Source: a virus
Lineage: Duplodnaviria > Heunggongvirae > Uroviricota > Caudoviricetes
Length of the DNA: 64,000 nucleotides
Virus record (IMG/VR): IMGVR_UViG_3300031998_000001
Span: 301,064 to 365,063 of that record
Direction: 5' to 3' (one strand)
The notes below the pieces were generated by a model. The model had not been told where the DNA came from, searched no databases, and saw nothing but the letters and a program-made list of their open reading frames with translations. How positions within the stretch are numbered: the first letter of the stretch is position 1; each line of letters opens with the position of its first letter. Both the position numbers and the translations under genes were made by a program. This document shows positions 56,959 to 64,000 of this stretch, one piece after another.

Positions 56959-59652
56959 ATGGACGACAACACTTATTTCAGGAGCAAAATCGCCTACGAT
57001 GTATGGGCGAAGAAGTACAAGGCTGACAGCGACAATACACCAGCGGACACATTGAAGAGATGCAACGGGGAGTTCAGGAAGGCGGAGAACCAGTGGGTTG
57101 AAAGGATAAACCGACTCATTCGCAAGCGTTCCGTGCGCTCCAAGTTAAGCCCGACATTCGGGCGCGTTATGCTTCGGGACGGACGGTACGGGACGGAATG
57201 GATGGACGGTATGTTCTCCGACTTCTCCCACCTTATGCTCGGAGGCTCTCTCGTGTCTGGTCTTGGGACGAAGCACCTCGCATCGTTGAGCAACTGCTTC
57301 GTGATAGGCTCGCCAGCCGACAACCTTTCTGGCATAAACTCGTCCGTCAACGAGATGGAGAATGTGTTTTCGCACAGGGGCGGTGTCGGGCTTGACCTGT
57401 CAACGCTCCGTCCGCAGGGTGCGCCCATCCATAACGCCGCCCGCATAAGCGAGGGTGTGGTGAGCGTGATGAAGCACAAGTACGGGGAGAGCGCGAAGTA
57501 CATCGCCCAGAACGGAAGGCGCGGTGCGCTTATGCTTATGCTCGATGTTATGCACCCAGACGCGCTTGAATTTATAAAGTGCAAGAGGGACAATGTGAGC
57601 GTGACCACAGCAAACATAAGCGTAAAACTCAACGGGGAGTTTATGCAACTCGTTACGAGGGGCAGGGAGGAAGGCGCAGGCGACGCTATGCTCGTCCAGC
57701 GTTTCCCGATTGATGCCGAACTCGGAGAGGGCGACATCGAACTGATAATGAAGCGTCTCGAAAGCGGTGAGTATGAGGCGGAGAAACTTTACGACTACAA
57801 CGGCATATATATCAAGTGTGTGTCGGCTATGAAGATTTGGGACGAACTTGTGACTGGTGCAAGGGACTGGGCTGAACCGGGTTGCCTGTTCTGGGACAAT
57901 GTGGTTTCGAGAGACCCCGCTTCGAGGTGGGACGACCTCCGTCCGATTGCAACGAACCCTTGCGGGGAGCAGCCCTTGACGGCAGGGGACACTTGCCGAC
58001 TTATGCACTATAACCTGAACACTTTCGTAAAGGAGCGTTTCTCTGCGGGCGCATACATAGACTATGACGAAATGTTCGACACATTCTACAAGGTTATGTG
58101 GCTCGGTGACGATGTGATTGAACTCGAAGTCGAGGCTATCGGGCGTATCATATCCAAACTTGAGGGCGAGGGTGACGGCGGTTCGCCGATGGCGGATTTC
58201 TGGCGCAATGTTCAGGATGTAGCCCGTTTCGGAAGGCGTGTCGGAATAGGCATATCTGGTCTTGGCGATATGTACGCCTCGCTCGGTGTCCCGTACGGAG
58301 AACCCGAAGTTACGAAGAAGGTATTTTCGACTATGCTCGAAGCACTGCTGACCGCAAGCACAGACCTTGCCGTGCTGAAGGGCGAAGCACCCTGCTTCTA
58401 TGACGACGACATAAAGCCGTTGTTCGGCTTCGGCTTCAGGAACTTCGTCCGCTCCCTCGTCGAGCGTTGCGTAAGGTTCAACACGGCTGACGATATGAAG
58501 CCCCGTGACGAGTGGGAGGAATTTGTTTCGGGAGAGTTTCCTGAACTCTGGAAGCGTATGCGTGCGGTCGGAAGGCGCAATGTGAGCGTGAACACCGTAG
58601 CACCGACAGGCACGGTTTCCCTGCTCGCTGGCATAACAAGCGGTATCGAGCCTCTGTTTATGGGCTGGTATCGCAGGAAGGTCAAACTTGACGACAACGC
58701 TACGGAGTACGACGAGATAGACCAGACGGGCAACAAGTTCAAATACTACAACATTCTGCACGAGGGCTTCGAGGACTGGATTGCATACGCGCATCCAGAC
58801 ATAGACAGGGAGAAACTCACCGATGAGGAACTCGACACATTGTTTATGGCAAGCCCGTACTACTTGCAGTCCGCCCACGACATAAGTTGGGAGCGCAGGG
58901 TTCTCACGCAGGCTATCATCCAGAAGTACATAACGAGCAGTATTTCCTCTACGGTCAACCTTCCTAACGATACGACGGCGGAAGTTGTGGACGACCTTTT
59001 CAGGACGGCGTACAAGTCTGGTTGCAAGGGCATAACGGTATATCGTGACGGAAGCCGCGAGGGTGTGCTCGTGAAGAAGGAAACCCAGAAGGCTGACACC
59101 GACGCATTGAAGGATGTCAATGCGGTCAGGAGGGAGAAGTCCCTGCAATGCGATGTGTTCCACTTCTACAACGGAAAGGAGAAGTGGGTTGCTTTCGTAG
59201 GCATACAGAACGACAGACCGTATGAGATATTCACGGGGCTTGAGGAGAAACTCCCGACGCTTCCGCCGAAAGTCACCGCTGGCAACATCGTCCGCTACAA
59301 GAGGGACGGTGCAAGTTGCTACGACTTCGAGTATTACACGGAGGACGGCGGGAAGCAGGTTGTCGAGAGCATAAACAAGACATTCAACCCAGAGTTCTGG
59401 AACTACGGCAAACTTCTTTCGGCAATGCTCCGCCACCGTATGCCTCTCGTCTATATAGTCAAGACGCTCGGTGATATGCGCTTCGAGAACGACAGCATCA
59501 ACTCTTGGCGCACTGGTGTCGTCCGTGCATTGAAGAAGTGGATAAAGGACGGCACTAAACTTGGGGAGAAATGCCCAGAGTGCGGTGAGACGCTTGTTAT
59601 GGAGAACGGTTGCAGGAGATGTCCTTCGTGTGGCTGGAGTGCCTGCGGATAA
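56959..59652 (+). CDS. nrdJ: Class II (B12-dependent) ribonucleotide reductase
   Basis: SNCFVI, GGVGLDLSTLRP, RRGALM, TNPCGEQPL, APTGT, KGITVYRDGSR and a C-terminal Zn ribbon. Confidence 0.93.
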   Translation: MDDNTYFRSKIAYDVWAKKYKADSDNTPADTLKRCNGEFRKAENQWVERINRLIRKRSVRSKLSPTFGRVMLRDGRYGTEWMDGMFSDFSHLMLGGSLVSGLGTKHLASLSNCFVIGSPADNLSGINSSVNEMENVFSHRGGVGLDLSTLRPQGAPIHNAARISEGVVSVMKHKYGESAKYIAQNGRRGALMLMLDVMHPDALEFIKCKRDNVSVTTANISVKLNGEFMQLVTRGREEGAGDAMLVQRFPIDAELGEGDIELIMKRLESGEYEAEKLYDYNGIYIKCVSAMKIWDELVTGARDWAEPGCLFWDNVVSRDPASRWDDLRPIATNPCGEQPLTAGDTCRLMHYNLNTFVKERFSAGAYIDYDEMFDTFYKVMWLGDDVIELEVEAIGRIISKLEGEGDGGSPMADFWRNVQDVARFGRRVGIGISGLGDMYASLGVPYGEPEVTKKVFSTMLEALLTASTDLAVLKGEAPCFYDDDIKPLFGFGFRNFVRSLVERCVRFNTADDMKPRDEWEEFVSGEFPELWKRMRAVGRRNVSVNTVAPTGTVSLLAGITSGIEPLFMGWYRRKVKLDDNATEYDEIDQTGNKFKYYNILHEGFEDWIAYAHPDIDREKLTDEELDTLFMASPYYLQSAHDISWERRVLTQAIIQKYITSSISSTVNLPNDTTAEVVDDLFRTAYKSGCKGITVYRDGSREGVLVKKETQKADTDALKDVNAVRREKSLQCDVFHFYNGKEKWVAFVGIQNDRPYEIFTGLEEKLPTLPPKVTAGNIVRYKRDGASCYDFEYYTEDGGKQVVESINKTFNPEFWNYGKLLSAMLRHRMPLVYIVKTLGDMRFENDSINSWRTGVVRALKKWIKDGTKLGEKCPECGETLVMENGCRRCPSCGWSACG

Positions 59653-59700
59653 TATTGAAATGCCAATTTATAAATAATATATAATAGAAGTTCGTATATA

Positions 59701-61647
59701 ATGGACAATAATATTATCAGGCTAATAGAAGCATATCTCAAAGGTGGCAACGACATCGAGTGGGTGAGGGCTGTACTTTATCGGCTCGGTATGATACCAG
59801 AGGAGATTGAGGCTGGCATAGACTACTACAAGAAGAACTTTATGCACGCTTCGGAGGAGGACATACAGAAGAAGACCAGCCCAGATTTCGCGCAGGCGGG
59901 GTTGTGTGCGGTCAAGGATAAGAAGAATAATATATCAGAGCATAGGAATATGAAGAATAATTTTAGTTTACTTGGACTTTGGAACCGTTGCAACACGGCT
60001 CGCACAAAGTTGAACGAAATGGTCGCTGAAAACGGCAAACTCGGCTATACCGCCCTCATTGCACGCGACCTTCTCGAAAACGCAATGTGCAATTTCCCGT
60101 CGGAGACACACACTATGTCGGCTCGCGCAATCGCAGGCTTTGAGGTCGATGAGAGCAGTGTCAACCCTTCGGCAAAGTACCGCATCGCAAATATAATAAT
60201 GGAAAGGCTTTCCGACCAGTGGCTCGACTGCTGCAAGGAACTCTGCGGATATATCTCCGAAAGTATGAAGAACGACAAGTGGGGCTATGTCGCCTCGCAG
60301 GTTATGGGGGTATGCGAGAGCCGTATGGACAGGGAAAAGATGTATGTAGGTCTTTACGAGCGTCTTGAAAAGGCTCTGAAGTCTGGCAACATCGAAAGGG
60401 AACTCCGTCAGGCGGCGTTTGAAAACGAGTTCTGGTCAGACGAGTGCAGGCAGGTTCTTGCCCTCTACGAGTCGGAAAAGGCTGGAAAGAAGGACAATAT
60501 CAACGAGCAGGCTAACTCGAACAATATGTGGTCGGAAATCCGTATGTTCACACCAGTTCTCGTGAACGAGAAGAACGAGCAGATTTTCAATCTCTTCGGA
60601 AAGAACTATATGGTAAGCAACGGTCGCCTTATGGAGTGCAAGGTAAGCGACGAACGCTACAACGATTGTGTTAACGGTCTTATGCTTATGCACTACAACT
60701 ACCAGAACGAGAGCCTCGACTACTACGGTGCTAACGGAAAGATTCTGGAATGGAGTTGCAAGAACGACACAATTACCTGCGGTGACGCTAACTACACAGA
60801 CCTCGGAAGCATCGCGTTGCAGGAGAAACTCGGCGCAAGCGGACTTTTCGACAGGCGCAACATCAACGACCTCAACACTCTCGTAAAGATGTTCGAGAAC
60901 AAGGAGATGGTCTATGCGCTCGACAATGTTCACTCGTTCCGCAACGATATGCTCGCGGGGGTATATCTGACAGTCCTTGCTGTTGACGAGAGCAAGCGCA
61001 TCTATGTAAATCAGGTGGATATGGGCAAGGGCATCAACGAGACCTGCTGCTTCGGCTCTGCTACGGAGGCTGTGAAGTCGTTGAAGGAAAGTATGCGCTA
61101 TGACGCAAGCAAGATACTCAACGACTGGCTTATCCGCGAGGGTGACGAGAACGCCAAGTATGCGCAGAGGAGGGAGGAACTCACCGAGCGTATCAACTAC
61201 CTCAAGGGCAAACGCTCGCAACTTGTCGAGAAGATGTCCGAACTCCCAGAGAACATTGACAACTCTCCTATTCAGGAGGCAATCGAACTTGTGGAGTGCG
61301 AACTCAAGAAGAACGAGTGCGAACTTGCAAAATGCACCTGCGCGGGCGGAACTTGCGTATGCAACACCCAGCCAGAGTGTATGTGCAAGCCTGATGACTG
61401 CGCGGTTGTAAAACTCGCTTCGACTGGCGAGGATATGTGGGTGAACGCTGCCGAGTATGCGCAGGCTGATGCCGATGCGATGCTTACGGTAATCAACCCG
61501 ACCAATCAGGTTGCAAGCGTAGTGAAGAAGAGCGACCTCGTATGGACTGTCGATACCCAGACACCGCAGGAAGTTGCAAAAGTTCCTACTGTTGCTACAT
61601 CACCAGCGACAGTAACCGCTGTAATCAACGACAGTTGTTGCAAGTAA
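59701..61647 (+). CDS. Putative head core/scaffold-type late protein
   Basis: Late promoter, coiled coil, repeated LNE/VNE/INE protease-type sites. Confidence 0.5.
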   Translation: MDNNIIRLIEAYLKGGNDIEWVRAVLYRLGMIPEEIEAGIDYYKKNFMHASEEDIQKKTSPDFAQAGLCAVKDKKNNISEHRNMKNNFSLLGLWNRCNTARTKLNEMVAENGKLGYTALIARDLLENAMCNFPSETHTMSARAIAGFEVDESSVNPSAKYRIANIIMERLSDQWLDCCKELCGYISESMKNDKWGYVASQVMGVCESRMDREKMYVGLYERLEKALKSGNIERELRQAAFENEFWSDECRQVLALYESEKAGKKDNINEQANSNNMWSEIRMFTPVLVNEKNEQIFNLFGKNYMVSNGRLMECKVSDERYNDCVNGLMLMHYNYQNESLDYYGANGKILEWSCKNDTITCGDANYTDLGSIALQEKLGASGLFDRRNINDLNTLVKMFENKEMVYALDNVHSFRNDMLAGVYLTVLAVDESKRIYVNQVDMGKGINETCCFGSATEAVKSLKESMRYDASKILNDWLIREGDENAKYAQRREELTERINYLKGKRSQLVEKMSELPENIDNSPIQEAIELVECELKKNECELAKCTCAGGTCVCNTQPECMCKPDDCAVVKLASTGEDMWVNAAEYAQADADAMLTVINPTNQVASVVKKSDLVWTVDTQTPQEVAKVPTVATSPATVTAVINDSCCK

Positions 61648-61758
61648 TGTAATTGACACAATTTGAGATTTTTCATATTACAATCGTTATTATCGGTGCG
61701 ACCTTCTCGGTCGCACTTTTTTCATTTTATAAATAATGTATATATAACATTTTTGAAT

Positions 61759-62706
61759 ATGATACACATTTACAAAACGGACGAGTTCGTGGCGTTGCTT
61801 GAAAAGGCGAACAGCAAGGGTGCTGTCTATAAGAGTTCATCTGTTGACGACATCATAAGGAAGTACACCGAGAAGGGCAGGATTAACGAGGAAACCATAA
61901 CCAAACTCATCGACATATTGAGGGATGTCCCGTATTCGCAGGACTACATTGAACTTGTGAATGGACTGCTCGAAGACAAGAGGGTGAGAAAGTTGTTCCA
62001 GCACAAACTTGAAAACGGAAAGTCAATAATCGACGCAATAGAGAATGTTGACATCGTTACCGACAAGGTGATACCCACCCAGAACGAAATCGACATATCG
62101 AAGAGCCTTGACTTCGGACTTACCAACAAGTTCGACACAATCAACAATGTGTGCAGGCGGGGGATATTGAAGGACACCCCGATAGTCGTGTTCAACGGCA
62201 AGTACATAATTGACGGACACCACAGGTGGTCGCAGATGTACTGCTTCAACCGCAAGCAGGACGAGCACGAGACGACATTCAAGGCTATAAACCTCGTGAG
62301 CAAGGCGGTCACCAACCCGATGGACATCCTCAAGATGGTTCAGACCACGATAGGCATCGACCTTGCGCCAGACAAGGAGATACCAGTGGAAACCACCGAC
62401 AAGAACGCAATGAACATTTTGAGCAACCGCTGTACGAGGGAGTTTATGGAGAAGTATTGCGACAAGAAGATAACCGACGGCTGTGTCAACGGAATGAAGA
62501 AGTACCACGAGGCTGACGGCGTGGTTGACAGGGAAAGCACAATCGACTACATTGTGCGCAACTGCGAGAGGATGAAGCAGGAGTGCAAGCCGATAAAGGG
62601 TGCGCCCTCGCGCGACATTATGCCGCAGACCGACCAAGACGACAAGATACTGCCGAGCCGTAAGAACGACGAGCCTACAATCGAGACGGCAATAGACCTT
62701 TCGTAG
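61759..62706 (+). CDS. ParB/Srx-like nuclease-domain protein with MxHI tag
   Basis: Starts MIHIYKTDEF; PTQNEI...PIVV..YIIDGHHRW. Confidence 0.7.
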   Translation: MIHIYKTDEFVALLEKANSKGAVYKSSSVDDIIRKYTEKGRINEETITKLIDILRDVPYSQDYIELVNGLLEDKRVRKLFQHKLENGKSIIDAIENVDIVTDKVIPTQNEIDISKSLDFGLTNKFDTINNVCRRGILKDTPIVVFNGKYIIDGHHRWSQMYCFNRKQDEHETTFKAINLVSKAVTNPMDILKMVQTTIGIDLAPDKEIPVETTDKNAMNILSNRCTREFMEKYCDKKITDGCVNGMKKYHEADGVVDRESTIDYIVRNCERMKQECKPIKGAPSRDIMPQTDQDDKILPSRKNDEPTIETAIDLS

Positions 62707-62780
62707 TCTTGTTCGGAGCAGGACAAATAAAAAGCGGGGCGAATGTCCCGCTTTCTTTTTTTTTTTCACACGGATGTTTA

Positions 62781-63503
62781 TCACAGGTTCGGGAACAGGT
62801 CTGGGACAAGTCTAAACTGCGTGTTGTCTATGATGTTCTTCAACCCCTGCATAAGATATTCGTTGTATATGTCCGATGCTTGGGTAATTGGTTGTGCTGG
62901 TAGTCCGAGCCAAGCCATTATCTGGTTATAGTACATTTGTGCAGACCCTTGGTCGCCTCTGCTCAATGCACACAGGACGAAGTTGAGGAGAATGCAGAAT
63001 GCGTATGCCGTGCTTTCTGAAAATGCGATTGATTCCGCTGGCACAATCATCCCGCCGTTGACCGTGATGAGTTTTCCCCGCTTGAAGTCGGTGCTGTCGC
63101 TTATATCAAGCGTTGCCGTCCTCAACTCATTGGCATCGATAGTACCGTTTACTGTGGCATCTCCTGCAAAGTGTGCGTTTCTGCCTATGTTGATGTCCTG
63201 CTCGGTAGTCAGGCTTCTGCAAGTTATATCTTCCGTTATGCTCGCATTTCCCGATACATTTATGCTTCCCCGTGCAGTCAAGTCCCCCTGCAAGGTCAGG
63301 CTGTTCTGGACTGACAGGTTTCCGCCAGCAACGATGTCGCCCTCGCTTTCAAGGGTGATGCACTTCAGGTTGTCGGTGCTTATGTCGTCCGTCTTTTTCT
63401 GGAGCGTATTTATTGCGTCCGCAAGCACGCGGAAGTTGTCGTTTATCGTTATTCGGCTTGCCGACAACTTGTCGCTTTCGAGTATTTCGTTTATCGTAAT
63501 CAT
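62781..63503 (-). CDS. Virion (baseplate/fibre-like) protein
   Basis: D.L.ASRITINDNF motif followed by beta-helix-like repeats. Confidence 0.6.
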   Translation of the reverse strand: MITINEILESDKLSASRITINDNFRVLADAINTLQKKTDDISTDNLKCITLESEGDIVAGGNLSVQNSLTLQGDLTARGSINVSGNASITEDITCRSLTTEQDINIGRNAHFAGDATVNGTIDANELRTATLDISDSTDFKRGKLITVNGGMIVPAESIAFSESTAYAFCILLNFVLCALSRGDQGSAQMYYNQIMAWLGLPAQPITQASDIYNEYLMQGLKNIIDNTQFRLVPDLFPNL

Positions 63504-63513
63504 CTTCTAACTT

Positions 63514-63840
63514 TTATATGGCTGTCACTGGGCTTACTGGTATCAGTTCGATGAGCGCAACGAGTTGCTCTTCGGTGAGTTCGGTATGCCCGACTACAAG
63601 TTTGCCTCCGCACTCGATATCCCCGTTCACCCTTATTCCTCCTGTGACGCTCATATTGTTGAGGACATCAATCCTGAAGTTCGTGTCCCCGTCCCGACCT
63701 ATGACTATTCGTGCCTCCCCGATGTTTACCGAAGCGTCAAAGTCGTTCACCGCCTTTTCAAGTGCCTTGAAGTTGTTGTTTATTGTTATTCGGCTCGCAC
63801 CGAGTCCGTCAGTGCCTTTTATTTCAGTCAAAGTAATCAT
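63514..63840 (-). CDS. Paralogous short virion protein
   Basis: Same ASRITINNNF N-terminal motif as its neighbour. Confidence 0.6.
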   Translation of the reverse strand: MITLTEIKGTDGLGASRITINNNFKALEKAVNDFDASVNIGEARIVIGRDGDTNFRIDVLNNMSVTGGIRVNGDIECGGKLVVGHTELTEEQLVALIELIPVSPVTAI

Positions 63841-63887
63841 TTTGGTATGTTTATAAATACTATATATTATTTATAAATTGCTTACAG

Positions 63888-64000
63888 ATGGGATTGTTCG
63901 ATACCATAGTGAACGCATTGGGGGGTGATGACAGCAACCTCAATCCGCAGAACAGGCTCTACAAGGGGGACAGCGCGGTTGCCACTTTCCTTCGTGGCGG
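63888..64000 (+). CDS. 3'-truncated ORF (MGLFDTIVNALGG...)
   Basis: Open to the window end after an AT-rich divergent promoter gap. Confidence 0.5.
   Translation, partial: MGLFDTIVNALGGDDSNLNPQNRLYKGDSAVATFLRG

Noticed and set aside
21440-59436. Long antisense ORFs (e.g. 21440-22993, 33009-34664, 57400-59436)
   Set aside because: Shadow frames of real genes caused by codon bias
1-64000. Stop-codon recoding as seen in some gut jumbo phages
   Set aside because: Conserved genes are intact in code 11, end at TAA, TAG or TGA, and no suppressor tRNA is seen

Overview
This is a 64-kb segment of a large T4-like (jumbo) phage genome, probably infecting Bacteroidota (TAnnTTTG host-type promoters, AT-rich leaders without Shine-Dalgarno sites, standard genetic code). 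Core phage genes include a gp23-like major capsid protein, a gp21-like protease homolog, UvsW helicase, a RuvC-like resolvase, a Clp ATPase, class II ribonucleotide reductase and large virion proteins. The most unusual part is a ~6.5-kb RNA island (4.7-11.2 kb). It holds 13 canonical tRNAs, several tRNA-like RNAs whose anticodon arm is replaced or remodelled, two CRISPR arrays plus an orphan repeat interleaved with the tRNAs, three stand-alone TnpB omegaRNA-like cassettes (a fourth is at 50.8 kb) and a tandemly duplicated pseudoknot RNA. The island is followed by a protease homolog and a Cas-lambda (Cas12L) effector; no cas1/cas2 are in the window. Other notable items: a gp41/DnaB helicase C-half that starts with an atypically long split-intein C-fragment, a TnpB-like gene between inverted repeats, a ColE2-type replicase, an S1-domain protein, nine proteins sharing an N-terminal MxHIxxxxE tag, a G8 frameshift site and a fixed-spacing phage promoter (CTGAAA-N15-TATATATT). 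All calls come from reading the sequence and from remembered family motifs. No searches or folding programs were run.
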